This document shows, piece by piece, positions 30,501 to 40,464 of a stretch of DNA of 64,000 nucleotides (position 1 is its first letter; every line of letters starts with the position of its first letter). Where the stretch lies: positions 64,001-128,000 of the forward strand of contig JBHLMN010000007.1 of the NCBI GenBank assembly GCA_048938105.1, given 5' to 3'. The notes under the pieces are model-generated. The model saw only the letters and a program-made list of their open reading frames with translations, had not been told where the DNA came from and searched no databases. Source of the DNA: Promethearchaeota archaeon (GTDB lineage: Archaea; Asgardarchaeota; Heimdallarchaeia; Hodarchaeales; Hodarchaeaceae). The translations under genes and the position numbers were made by a program.

Positions 30501-30625
30501 TCTGTTTGGACGACTAATGATATCCCCAAGGCTATAACAAAAGATGTTAGAATAAAATTTCTCTTTCGACGACTAATACCTTTTATGGTATGTTTAAAAG
30601 TATATTTCAAACTTAATTCTTCCAA
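27515..30625 (-). CDS. Double FtsX/MacB-type ABC permease
   Basis: Two ER.REIG.LR..G FtsX motifs, large extracellular domains and C-terminal PSEALRY. Confidence 0.92.
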   Translation of the reverse strand: MEELSLKYTFKHTIKGISRRKRNFILTSFVIALGISLVVQTEILGSTIQRNYKEILVEAYGNVDIIVYSVNEIYLPQNVSDTLIEELAANFEGISPQISYSTTAYYSEKGQFEQGVTVETIGSDFDGGFWGYIYSNSTGDKLDIAALHDDEIVISPDLADSLGTSIGAQIAMSLRDERGNPIFTNVTIKDIYTYREYGRTGNPSDLRRILMSEHAAHSLIPSSIDRPITQIIFGIEDHKENPFLGRERSDESKEQIETVLNQYFPNLMLQVSTVREDNREGIEEGISGFASTFQMFGVVVVIAGLLLITNIQLMNMEEREQQIGMLRAIGAKKREIFISYTIETVLTGILGGIFGLIIGIGISIWLNDLSRDMLSAMGNPEVTTSIFNIVVEPDAFLLSLICAIGLSFITGMVPALRARGISIIEIVRGTKSKDKLSSLDGKKPLWPIVIGGIIIILGLMTLVELIQQGQPFYTPEGFRNIEEEAAANFQALFYVGLGLIFASFRFRRYRRLSLTISGLMLIILTIWGFQIAVDWAEEGGNANSIAMTGLLSAVIGATTVVGANLEALTAGLRKAFSYFEKTRATGLVATRYINSRKARAVLTFATFAVILSLNFFIGSYAVTQVSGSSHTWEYQMSGVSILVESQIPIDLTSLNYPEILQDEFDEIKQVYPLGVGGILPFRGSRDEITPEEDIFYSKLITIDFSTFVDSNGEVLYPFVFNELLPYYTQLSMINRMEHRDQAREESKTFWEAFLGNQKIHRLTKQPVEPEDPDGLPMFIGDLLYFLDIGEIVSFPAINGSLIEMIYAGALTYFPSCESSINQFSRGIIVSDRYASQLSLLGYGTKEFLIETVHGYDYDKNEDLTSQIEEFSNKNSTNSLLILSGGTFYGITAHHLWDVFYHMNSTNANALNFLQIFISTGLIIGVIGLLVVSHRSVKERKREIGMLRSVGFSKKAVSLAILLELLFLGILGFIVGFLTGNYLAWVFAGLLNWKLIIPWSQVGFFGALIMGSVFLAALIPGWLAARIPPSEALRYHG

Positions 30626-31052
30626 TCATTGATTATCTCAATTTTTTCATGTAAAAATCCTAAATTAAGGACTAAATCTGATTTTCCTCATGAAAATCAG
30701 AAGATCCACAAGCAATTAGTGTTAATATGAGTATATTTTAAGGAGTTTAAGATATCGGATATTATATTCTTGATTATCACCTACAACTTTGATGTATTCC
30801 AACAATCATGTTCTAATAGATGAAAGATGTATTATAAATCTTATTTATACTAAAAAAAGCAGAAAGATAACGTTATAATAGAAATAAACAATATGTTCAC
30901 ATAATACATCTTTTCGAAAACTTTATCTACTAAATTTACTCTGATCATATTTAAATGAGAAAAAGAATTTAGTTATAATAATCTATAATTTCCTAGAGTT
31001 TATTGACTTTAATACTAAAATAGTGATCAATTAAACAAAGAAGGATATAAAA

Positions 31053-31964
31053 ATGGACTCCTCTATTGAACTTATGAACCTAACTAAATTTTATGGGAAG
31101 TATAGGGGAATTGAAAATCTTAATATTAATATAAAACCAGGGATCATTTTTGGCTTCTTAGGGCCAAATGGCGCTGGAAAAACCACGACCATTCGCTGTT
31201 TACTCGGAATTTTGAAACCATCGGGTGGTAGTATTAAGATTTTTGGGCGAGAGATTTCTAATTGGAGTTCTGAAGTTACATTAAAAGAAAATATCGGTTA
31301 TTTACCAGGTGAATTTGATTTATACAAACATTTTATTGTTAATGGCATACTGGATTATTTTGCCGCATTAAGAAAAAAACCAGCCATACTTAGGGATAAA
31401 TTGGTTGACATATTTGAACTCGATGAATCAAGAAGTGTTAGTCAGCTTAGTAAAGGAAATAAGCAGAAAGTTGGGTTAATTCAGGCCCTAATGCATGATC
31501 CTGACCTCCTCATTCTCGATGAACCGTCTGTTGGATTAGATCCATTAATGCAACAACGTCTCTATCAGGTGTTGAAAGAATTTAGAGAGCGTGGAAAGAC
31601 CATTTTTTTTTCATCTCATAATCTTGCTGAAGTTCAAAAGATCTGTGATGAAGTAGCCATAATCAAGGAGGGATTCTTAGTAAGCCATGACCATATCGAT
31701 CAACTCAGTCAGCGTGTCCAACAGAGAGTAATCCTCACCATGGAAGAGCCTATTGATTCCTTACTACCTCAAATTTCGCTTATAAGCCACTTCGAAAAAC
31801 TTCAGACTAATGGAAATGGGTATCGATACTCTATCTACCTGAAATCGGCCCAACCCAATTATTCTGATCTATTTCAATCGCTAAGGGGACAAAATATCCT
31901 GAATGTTGTTATTCCTGAACCGAGTTTAGAGGATTATTTCCTACAGTATTATAAGGAGGATTAA
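31053..31964 (+). CDS. ABC-2 type exporter ATPase
   Basis: GPNGAGKT, LSKGN, LDEPS, SSH and PSLED. Confidence 0.95.
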   Translation: MDSSIELMNLTKFYGKYRGIENLNINIKPGIIFGFLGPNGAGKTTTIRCLLGILKPSGGSIKIFGREISNWSSEVTLKENIGYLPGEFDLYKHFIVNGILDYFAALRKKPAILRDKLVDIFELDESRSVSQLSKGNKQKVGLIQALMHDPDLLILDEPSVGLDPLMQQRLYQVLKEFRERGKTIFFSSHNLAEVQKICDEVAIIKEGFLVSHDHIDQLSQRVQQRVILTMEEPIDSLLPQISLISHFEKLQTNGNGYRYSIYLKSAQPNYSDLFQSLRGQNILNVVIPEPSLEDYFLQYYKED

Positions 31965-31968
31965 CCTC

Positions 31969-33714
31969 ATGCTTCAGATGTGGGGTCGCAGTTTCAAACT
32001 GATACTTAGACAACAGTGGCTCACATATACCCTATTATTCGTTATAGGATTTGTTGGAGCTTTGATTGCATATTGGACATTTCCAGGTGAAGAAGGTATC
32101 CAGGCTCTATTAGGATTAGCAGAAACACCATTTGCTAAGTCCATATGGGGAGAGTTGATTGCTAATCTCGATTCGGAGAATTCTGATTTCTTTCTTTACT
32201 TTATTTTTCTATACTTTATAGCTTATATGGCTAACGTCTATCCTGTGGCAGGAATATGGTTAGGAGGAGCAGGAACACCAGAGGAAGTTAAATCTGGAAT
32301 GGCGGACATTTTTATAGCTAGTCCTCACAGAAAAGAGAGGTTGATATTACGTCACTTAATTTCTCACATTTTTCTTCTTACTTTTTTTACAGTACTGATT
32401 TATATTCTTATTCCCCTTAGTTATGAATTTTTAGGTACAAGTGTTAATTATAAAAGGGTTTTTTCAGGTTTCATTTTACTCTGGATTTCTGGAATATTCT
32501 TTTTTTCTATAGCGTTCTTTGTAACCTCAACCACCTTGAGAAACGATATCGGACGTGGAATAGCTGGAATAATTTTCTTACTGTCTTTTCTCCTTACATC
32601 AATAGTAAACATGAATCCAAACTATAAAGATCTAAAATATCTAAACATACTCCATTATACCAATCCTAATCCAATTCTTACTAAGGGAGAGGTACTTAAA
32701 CTTGATAATTTCACGCCTCTAATAATATCCATATTTTTATTAACGCTAGGAGTGTTAATTTTCATTTCAAAAGATCTTTTACCTTTGCTAATTATCCAAA
32801 ATCGGAGGATTATTAAAGAAATTGAGTCTAAAGGTGGATTTAAGCATAAATTCTCGAGTTTTCGTGAAAAAATCACCGTAAAGGACTATTTTCGACAAAT
32901 AATGAATAAAATATCTCCAATATCAGCTGAACAGTGGCTTGCAGATAGAACAATTTTCATAGTTTTCTTTATCATTTGTTTTTTTGCAGCAGTCTCTATT
33001 ATTATTGGGTTCCCAACAGGAGAAGGTGGATTTACAGAAATGGCTCAGATTTACCAAAATAATCCATTTGCTAAAGCTATTGTACGTAATTCAATGGAAC
33101 AAATTCTTGAAGATCCTCTTGGACCAATTTATCCTCAATTCTATGGATATACATGGCTATATTTTTTCCCATTCATTATTATTGAAGCTGCAAGAGTTGT
33201 AGATAGAGATAATAGTGATAAAACTATTGATTTACTCCTTGGAACACCAACTAGACCAAGAAGCATTATCTTCTATCGCATATTGACAATCGTGATCGAA
33301 TTGATTATTTTGAGTTCAATAACACTGTTATTTATCATTTTTGGAGAGTTCTTTCTTGAGATTAATTCAAAGATTGTTGAACAATTGCTTGCTTTAATCA
33401 TCATCCCATTCACTTATGGAACCATTCTATGCTTTCTTATTGCAGTTGGTCTACTTCTCCCATCACCAGATAATCGGAAGAAATTGGTTTATGCTCTTGG
33501 TGTCTTGGCAATTATTTTAGTTACAATACCATATTTCAGTGAACCTCTCATGCCTCTAAGATTCCTTTCGCCTCTCTATTACATGGACCTAGTTGGACTA
33601 ATTTCTCAGGGTTACCAATTTGAACATGTAAGTTTATTAATCGTTCTTCTCGGGATTTTAATATTTTCTTTGCTTGTTATTTTCCGATCAAGTAATAAAA
33701 CAGTATATGTATAG
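31969..33714 (+). CDS. ABC-2 type permease (two fused TM domains)
   Basis: About 12 TM segments in two homologous halves, adjacent to the ATPase. Confidence 0.85.
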   Translation: MLQMWGRSFKLILRQQWLTYTLLFVIGFVGALIAYWTFPGEEGIQALLGLAETPFAKSIWGELIANLDSENSDFFLYFIFLYFIAYMANVYPVAGIWLGGAGTPEEVKSGMADIFIASPHRKERLILRHLISHIFLLTFFTVLIYILIPLSYEFLGTSVNYKRVFSGFILLWISGIFFFSIAFFVTSTTLRNDIGRGIAGIIFLLSFLLTSIVNMNPNYKDLKYLNILHYTNPNPILTKGEVLKLDNFTPLIISIFLLTLGVLIFISKDLLPLLIIQNRRIIKEIESKGGFKHKFSSFREKITVKDYFRQIMNKISPISAEQWLADRTIFIVFFIICFFAAVSIIIGFPTGEGGFTEMAQIYQNNPFAKAIVRNSMEQILEDPLGPIYPQFYGYTWLYFFPFIIIEAARVVDRDNSDKTIDLLLGTPTRPRSIIFYRILTIVIELIILSSITLLFIIFGEFFLEINSKIVEQLLALIIIPFTYGTILCFLIAVGLLLPSPDNRKKLVYALGVLAIILVTIPYFSEPLMPLRFLSPLYYMDLVGLISQGYQFEHVSLLIVLLGILIFSLLVIFRSSNKTVYV

Positions 33715-34068
33715 CAGGTATTTTGACCATACCCGTGGAATCAATGAATTCTTAGAATTTAATGACATGTCCTCTATTTTGATTTGCAACGAACAGGTAG
33801 CAAGGAACATACTAAATGGGGAGACCGATTAAAGGTCATTACAGATGGTGATGCCTTTGAATAGATTATTGAAAATCCCAAAGATTGCGGGTACGAATAT
33901 TACTAGGATAGTAAATGTATCAGATCTGGTGACTAAAGGAATGGTCTCATCAAAAAAGAGTATAAATAAGACCACTATCCAGATGAAAATAATCTAGAAG
34001 TACGAAAAGCTTAAAATCAAGAATGCAGTGACAACGATTATTACACTTCTAGTCATGTGGGATAAACG

Positions 34069-36954
34069 TTGAAGAACAAAAATTTCGTACTAACCTTCTT
34101 ACTTCTTATCAGCTTTTATACTGGAGAATTTACACTAACTATACACTCAAATGTATCCTCTGTTGAGATAACCCAAAGGATTGCTAGTATTCATTACACC
34201 CCGCTATCTCCTATTTGGATTACTAATGACAATGATTTAAATGATTCTTTTCCTGGTATGGGTACCATAGTTGATCCCATTCGCATTGAGGGATACAATA
34301 TTACTGCTGCAAGTGGAGCGTTGATTTATATTAGCGATACAACATTTTATTTTCGCATAACTGATTGTCTTCTTAACGGATTGTCAGCTGCTTCTCAGGG
34401 AATTCATTTTCAGAATGTTGGTAATAGTACCATCAGGAACAACACCATTTCCTACTGTGGAAAAGGAATTGAGTTGAATTCTTCCTCCAATATCAGCATT
34501 ACCAATAATACACTCTTCAGTAACGTTTTCTATAATACTTATGGTATTGACATGAACTATACTTCCAACATTTCTGTTACCAACAATTCAATCTATGATA
34601 CTGGACATGATGCTATTCGGTTGTGGAACTCCGACTTTAACACCTTTACTAGCAATACGATCTATAATAACAATGCCAGTGGGTTTTCTATTAATACTGC
34701 CACTAATATTAAAGTGTTGAGCAATACAATCTATGATAACGAATTTGGGATGCACACATGTCTCTTTGATGATTCTCTCATTGCAGGGAATCTAGTTTAT
34801 GGTCATTTAGAACAAGGAATGAGGTTTTGGTCTTGTGAGAATAATACTCTTTCCGATAATACATTTTTTAATCAAGATTTTGAGGGGGTTGGCCTGTATT
34901 ATTCCGAAGAGTTTATGATTTCTAATAACACTCTTTTTAACAACTCCCGAGGGAAGATAAATCCTTGGGAAGGATCTGCAATCAGTCTCGACGACTCCAG
35001 TAATAATACCCTTATTAACAACAGAGTCTACGACAATAACAGGTCTGGAATCGCGGTTAGCCATACTGGTGAGGGTGGGAACACTCTCGTTAATAATACT
35101 GTCTACAACAATGATGGTAGTGGAATTAGGTTTATTGATGCAGATAATAATACTCTTATCAATAATAGCGTCTATTATAATAGCGGTACTGGAATAGAAG
35201 CTGTGTATAATTCTGATAATAACACCTTGATTAATAACACCGTCTACAACAATGGAGATGACGGAATTGCGGTTGGTTTAGAGTCTAGCTTTGCTTCTAT
35301 TATCAATAACACTATCTACAACAATGTTGGTAATGGGATTTTTATCTGGGACGAATTATCTAGAATGTCTGATAACAACTCTATTAAAGATAATACGATT
35401 TATGGTAACAATTGGGATGGTATTTCGATCTGGTGCTCCTCTAATAATACCATTGTGAATAATACCATCTCCAATAATCAAGAATATTCCATTCGTTTAA
35501 CAGAATCAGGAAATAATATTGTTATTGATAATAACTTCATTAATAACGGTTTCTGGATCCTTGGATACCAAATTAAAGACTATATACAAACAAAAATCAC
35601 TAATAATAACGTTAATGGTAGACCCGTCATCTATTGGCAAGATGTTCATGGTGCAACTGTCCCTTCTGATGTTGGACAAATCATCCTTGTCAATTGTCAT
35701 TCCATTGACATAATTGACCATAATTTACCTTACGCCTCAAATGGAATCATTACAGCTTATTGCACAGATTTATTCATCTCTAACAATACCCTTTCCGAGG
35801 GAGTTATTGGGATATTTCTTCATAATTCCAGTGCTACCATCATTAACAATACTATCTATAACTGCTTTTTTCTTGGTATTGATCTGCATTACTACTGTTA
35901 TAATTCTCTAATCATGAATAATACTGTTTATAACTGCGATGGTCCAATTTGTCTGTATATGTATTCAGAAAACAATTACATCTCTCATAATACCATATAT
36001 GATGGTAGTATTTATGGTGTTGGCCTCTGGGGTTATTGTAAAAATAATGTTATTCATTCTAATCATCTTAGCAATAATGACCATGGAATTACTATAAATG
36101 ACGCTTCAGATAGTAACCAAATCATGAATAATACCATTCAAAACAGCCATAATTATGGTATTAGCCTTGATTTTTGGGGTACTATCGCCTCTAACAATAA
36201 CATCATTTCTTCTAACACTATTCTCAATAATGCGGGCTATGGCATTTCTATTATGAACGAATCATCTCAAGCTAATAGAGTGGAATTGAATGTCATTTCA
36301 GGAAATAACCCAGGTGGTTCTCAAGCTGCAGATGATGGATCAACTAATGTCTTCGCGTATAACTATTGGAGTGATTGGACAAGTCCGGATACAAATAAAG
36401 ATGGAATAGTAGATCATCCCTATAGTATTGATGGTATGGCCAACAACCAAGATAATTATCCCCTGGTGGTTTCACCGACCAATCATTACGTTTTACTACC
36501 AATAATTACCTCTCCACTTGGAGGTGAAATTCTCTCAGGAAAGATCACTATATCCTGGGCTACCTCAGTGGATACTTGGGGTTATGATGTGAAGTATGAT
36601 GTCTCTTATTCAACAGATGGGGGTACGACTTGGACGTTGTTAGGAACAGACTTAACAGGTACGAGTTTTGTCTGGGATACAAAGACTGTCCCCGATGGGT
36701 CAAATTACATCCTTAAGATAGAAGCTAGTAGTTCTGGTGAAATGAATGCCGTTTTCGTCTCTTCTAGTCCATTCACTATTTCCAATTATCCAACCATACC
36801 TCCTACGACGACCATAACGTCTACTACATCCACGATTGAAACAACCACGTCTGAAACAAACCCTACGGAAACACCTGTTGCGACATCCAGCTGGCATGTC
36901 CTGCTGATGCTTCTCTCCCTGTTTGCGATGCTTTCCTTGAAAAAGCGTAAATAG
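34069..36954 (+). CDS. Secreted right-handed parallel beta-helix (NosD/CASH) surface protein with FN3-like domain and TM anchor
   Basis: Many NNT(I/L)xNNxIYxN repeats, NYWSDW, YSTDGGTTW, Thr stalk and TSSW-TM-KKRK. Confidence 0.92.
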   Translation: MKNKNFVLTFLLLISFYTGEFTLTIHSNVSSVEITQRIASIHYTPLSPIWITNDNDLNDSFPGMGTIVDPIRIEGYNITAASGALIYISDTTFYFRITDCLLNGLSAASQGIHFQNVGNSTIRNNTISYCGKGIELNSSSNISITNNTLFSNVFYNTYGIDMNYTSNISVTNNSIYDTGHDAIRLWNSDFNTFTSNTIYNNNASGFSINTATNIKVLSNTIYDNEFGMHTCLFDDSLIAGNLVYGHLEQGMRFWSCENNTLSDNTFFNQDFEGVGLYYSEEFMISNNTLFNNSRGKINPWEGSAISLDDSSNNTLINNRVYDNNRSGIAVSHTGEGGNTLVNNTVYNNDGSGIRFIDADNNTLINNSVYYNSGTGIEAVYNSDNNTLINNTVYNNGDDGIAVGLESSFASIINNTIYNNVGNGIFIWDELSRMSDNNSIKDNTIYGNNWDGISIWCSSNNTIVNNTISNNQEYSIRLTESGNNIVIDNNFINNGFWILGYQIKDYIQTKITNNNVNGRPVIYWQDVHGATVPSDVGQIILVNCHSIDIIDHNLPYASNGIITAYCTDLFISNNTLSEGVIGIFLHNSSATIINNTIYNCFFLGIDLHYYCYNSLIMNNTVYNCDGPICLYMYSENNYISHNTIYDGSIYGVGLWGYCKNNVIHSNHLSNNDHGITINDASDSNQIMNNTIQNSHNYGISLDFWGTIASNNNIISSNTILNNAGYGISIMNESSQANRVELNVISGNNPGGSQAADDGSTNVFAYNYWSDWTSPDTNKDGIVDHPYSIDGMANNQDNYPLVVSPTNHYVLLPIITSPLGGEILSGKITISWATSVDTWGYDVKYDVSYSTDGGTTWTLLGTDLTGTSFVWDTKTVPDGSNYILKIEASSSGEMNAVFVSSSPFTISNYPTIPPTTTITSTTSTIETTTSETNPTETPVATSSWHVLLMLLSLFAMLSLKKRK

Positions 36955-36993
36955 GGCTTTTAGAGGCTCTCATTCATTTTTTGCCATTTGGTA

Positions 36994-37460
36994 TTAATAA
37001 CCTCCACCGAGATCGACGACAAAAGCTATATCATCTTCTGTTGTCACTCCCCATGGTGATGTGACATTATCAGTCGTTCCAGCTAGCGTATAGTCTTTTG
37101 GATTTGCTACGTCAATCAGGTGGACATACCCTAGGTCACTAGCGACATAAGCTATCTCGTTTGTTGCTATATGGGCATAATTATAGCTTCTACCCGTATA
37201 ATTCCCAATTTTCGTCGGAGATGTGAGATTCTTAGTATCTATGAAGTGTAATCCTGTGCTATGATCTGCAATATATATAAGATCACCTACTATATCTACT
37301 CCCCAGACAAAACCGCCAGTATTGATTTTTGAGATTAAGGTTGGTTTTATGGGATTGTTAATGTTAATTATTTCTAACCTGTCGTTCCTGTCTGCTAGAA
37401 ACACCATATCATTTTTGATTTGGATATCAAGAAAACCAGCGGGGCCATCAACATATGAAT
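36994..37460 (-). pseudogene. Truncated LVIVD-repeat gene fragment
   Basis: About 3.5 LVIVD repeats, no signal peptide or anchor, ends mid-repeat. Confidence 0.65.
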
Positions 37461-37560
37461 TAGATTTACTCTATTTAAACCCTTTACCTAAATAGAGTCT
37501 TTTTTAAAATTGCATATTTGGGACATTCTTCAACTTATAAACGATTTTTGAGGATCAAAG

Positions 37561-38871
37561 TTGAATGAACTTATCAACAATGAAAAGAAATCTGATACTA
37601 ACCTTAGGGGTTACTTAGTTTTCCTTATTGGACAATGGGTCTCGATTTTGGGATCAAATATTGTTGGATTTGGTATTATTTGGTTCTTAACTATCACAAC
37701 AGAGAGTGCGTTTGTACTTGGATTAGCTACTTTCTTGAATTTTGCTCCTTTTCTGATAGCAACACCTATTGCTGGAGTTTTTATAGATCGTTGGAGTCGG
37801 AAAAGAGTAATTGCTTTTGTTGATTTTATGCAAGCAGTTTTTACAGTTATTTTGATTGGTTTCTTTGTAGTAGATGTTTTCAGCCCTTTAGAGCTCGTTG
37901 CGATAATTCTAGCTTTAAATACTATTCGTGCTACGTTTGGAGCCTTCCATACATCAGCTGTGGACACGCTTCTCCCAATAATGGTACCGAAAGAGCAATA
38001 CAGTAGGATTAATGGAGTAAATTATCTTGTAAATGGTGCAATTAACATTGTTGGTCCTCTTTTGGGAGCAGTGGTTCTTGGTTTGGTTTCATTACAAAAT
38101 TTACTGTGGTTGGATGTAATAACTTTCCTAATTGCTATTGTTCCAACCTTAATTATATTCATCCCTGAAGTTAAAAAGGTGATTTTAGATGAAGGGGAAA
38201 AGCTGTCAATTAGATCGGAGTTAAGAGAAGGATTGAAATTTATTAGAGAAACACCTGGATTAATTGCACTTCTCTTTGTATTCGCTGGATCTAACTTTTT
38301 TATACCTCCCTTTTTTATTCAATTACCACTTTTTGTGACATCTATTCACTTCGGTAATGAATCTGATTTAGCTTTTCTAATGGCCTCTCAGCAAGCAGGT
38401 ATGCTTATTGGATCAACTATTATGTCTACATGGAAAGGATTTGAGAACCATGCTAGAGGAGTCGCTTTAGGTATTTTTTTGGGCTACTTGGGATTTATGG
38501 TTATGTTACTTGCACCAGTGGGATCATTTTTGGTTATAAGTATTGGTTTGTTTATAACTGGATTTGTTTTGCCAGTAGCAAACGTTTCAAGTGAAGCCAT
38601 TTGGGCTGCTACTGTACCTCGCGAGTTATTAGGAAGAGTTTATGCAGTTCGACGAACATTAGCACAAATGACCGCACCAGTAGCAATGCTATTATCAGGA
38701 ATAATAGCAGAAATCATTGGTTTGTATTCACTTTTAATGCTTTTTGTTATACTAGGAACACTAATTCTGGGATATTCATGGTTTTTCACAGAGTTATCTA
38801 ATGTTGAAAAGATCATTCAAGAAACTAAAGAGCAAGAAAGTATTGAAAAAGTGCAAAGTACACCTCAATAA
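37561..38871 (+). CDS. MFS transporter (MefA/DHA3-like)
   Basis: GQWVSILGS, GVFIDRWSRK motif A, VPRELLGRV; 12 TM. Confidence 0.93.
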   Translation: MNELINNEKKSDTNLRGYLVFLIGQWVSILGSNIVGFGIIWFLTITTESAFVLGLATFLNFAPFLIATPIAGVFIDRWSRKRVIAFVDFMQAVFTVILIGFFVVDVFSPLELVAIILALNTIRATFGAFHTSAVDTLLPIMVPKEQYSRINGVNYLVNGAINIVGPLLGAVVLGLVSLQNLLWLDVITFLIAIVPTLIIFIPEVKKVILDEGEKLSIRSELREGLKFIRETPGLIALLFVFAGSNFFIPPFFIQLPLFVTSIHFGNESDLAFLMASQQAGMLIGSTIMSTWKGFENHARGVALGIFLGYLGFMVMLLAPVGSFLVISIGLFITGFVLPVANVSSEAIWAATVPRELLGRVYAVRRTLAQMTAPVAMLLSGIIAEIIGLYSLLMLFVILGTLILGYSWFFTELSNVEKIIQETKEQESIEKVQSTPQ

Positions 38872-39059
38872 CTTATTACCCAAAACATCTCCCAGCTTCT
38901 AATTGGCTTTACTCTCTTGTACTATTTATCAAGCTACTTCCATAGTAAAGTTTTTAAAGATATTTCGTTTCATAATATTTATCATTGTAAAATAATGTCA
39001 AACGTTATACGTTATACGATATCTCTAGTATAATTTTTTGAGCGATTTAAATAAGGAGA

Positions 39060-40010
39060 ATGAGAAATTTGAGAATTAAAAAGAAATTAGCAATTATGTG
39101 TATGCTGATAGGGTTGATCCTTGCATCTTCCATAAACCGAAGCTCTGCTACCCTCGTCTGGGAAGAGGATTTTGAGAATCCCCCATATAATGATTGGTTT
39201 CTCCATAGTTATTACATTTACCCATATAGTGCGGTAAATTATAATAACCTAGTTATTACTAATGGATCTTTACACCAACCAACTCCTGATGGGATGCAAA
39301 TTTTTGCTACTCATGATAGCTCAGTAGCATATGGAACTTGGAGTTTTGACGTTCAAATAGTTCCTATCGAATTATATAAAGAATTTGAAATTTATGGAGC
39401 AATGACTGAAATAATGTTCATAGGGAACTTCAAAGGTTATAGTGAACCCAAAAGCTTTAACCTGTCCGGATATGATTTCTCTCAAGTTTCTGATAGAATG
39501 AAATCATATGCCCTTTATATCATATCTGGAATATCAAGGTGGGGCTTACCTTTAAATTCAATATCATTATACCTCTGGATTGGAAGGTATTACCAATCGG
39601 ATCAACAAACCCAAAATATCTGGCAAAGTATCGGTTTTAGCGAATTTTCTTCCCCTATCAATGGTTCTCATCATATAGACATTACCCGTGGATCGGCAGG
39701 AGAATTTAAGGTCTATTTTGACTCAGAACTTCTATTTCAAGTTACTAATAATGAAATCACCACTTCAACCTTTTTTGACATTTCTACTTTTGTCGGGAAC
39801 TTAACATTCGATAATCTTACATTTTGTGATAGCGTTGGTAGTTGTCCCCCGACTACGACGACAACGACTACCATGACAACGAATACTACGACTCTGGATA
39901 CAACTCCTACCACCACAACTACTGATAGTGGAACTTTCGGGTTTGAATTTGGAGTGCTGATACTAGTTCTCATCTGTAGTGTGTTCGTTGGTCACAAACA
40001 GAAAAGATGA
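39060..40010 (+). CDS. Secreted lectin/beta-sandwich-like surface protein with Thr stalk and TM anchor
   Basis: Signal peptide, VWEEDF...AYGTWSFD...HHIDITR...FKVYFD...FDNL, poly-Thr and TFGF-TM-KQKR. Confidence 0.82.
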   Translation: MRNLRIKKKLAIMCMLIGLILASSINRSSATLVWEEDFENPPYNDWFLHSYYIYPYSAVNYNNLVITNGSLHQPTPDGMQIFATHDSSVAYGTWSFDVQIVPIELYKEFEIYGAMTEIMFIGNFKGYSEPKSFNLSGYDFSQVSDRMKSYALYIISGISRWGLPLNSISLYLWIGRYYQSDQQTQNIWQSIGFSEFSSPINGSHHIDITRGSAGEFKVYFDSELLFQVTNNEITTSTFFDISTFVGNLTFDNLTFCDSVGSCPPTTTTTTTMTTNTTTLDTTPTTTTTDSGTFGFEFGVLILVLICSVFVGHKQKR

Positions 40011-40197
40011 ACCTGGTGGTACTTCTTAAGAAAACTAAGGATAAGTTCGTATATTATTCTTGATGGAATGTCATCATCTTTTAAACTTCCTTGAGATAAT
40101 TCTCTATTTCAGCAATTTTTATTCTACCTCTTACGGAATATGCTCTATCCTTTTTTATAAATTCCTTATTGATCCGATGAATCTCCAAACTTATTTT

Positions 40198-40440
40198 GGA
40201 AGAGTTTATGTAGTTCGATGAACATTAGCGCAAATGACTTCACCAGTAGCAATGTTATTATCGGGAATTATAGCAGAAATTGTCGCTTTGTATACTGTCT
40301 TAATGCTATGTTTAATATTAGGAACACTAATTCTTGGATATTCATGGTTTTTCATTACCTTATCTAAGGTTGAGAAGATTATTCAAGAAACTAAAGAACA
40401 AGAAAAAAGTATTGAACAAGTGCAAAGTACACCGCAATAA
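40198..40440 (+). pseudogene. Displaced copy of the MFS gene 3' end (direct repeat of 38632-38871)
   Basis: About 86% identical by manual alignment (33 mismatches, one 3-nt indel); CGA>TGA nonsense near its start; ends VQSTPQ* like the MFS. Confidence 0.95.
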
Positions 40441-40464
40441 TTTTGTACAAAAAACGTTATTTAC

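Noticed and set aside
33830-33995. Short minus-strand hydrophobic frame (IIFIWIVVLFILFF...) as a gene
   Set aside because: No convincing start or SD and only ~55 codons; at most a remnant.
12772-39973. Val-rich antisense ORFs (12772-13026, 16051-16332, 39737-39973) and other short shadow ORFs
   Set aside because: Reverse complements of Thr-rich stalks or of well-supported genes.
40234-40440. 68-aa ORF as an independent small membrane protein
   Set aside because: It is the displaced MFS 3' copy downstream of a nonsense codon.
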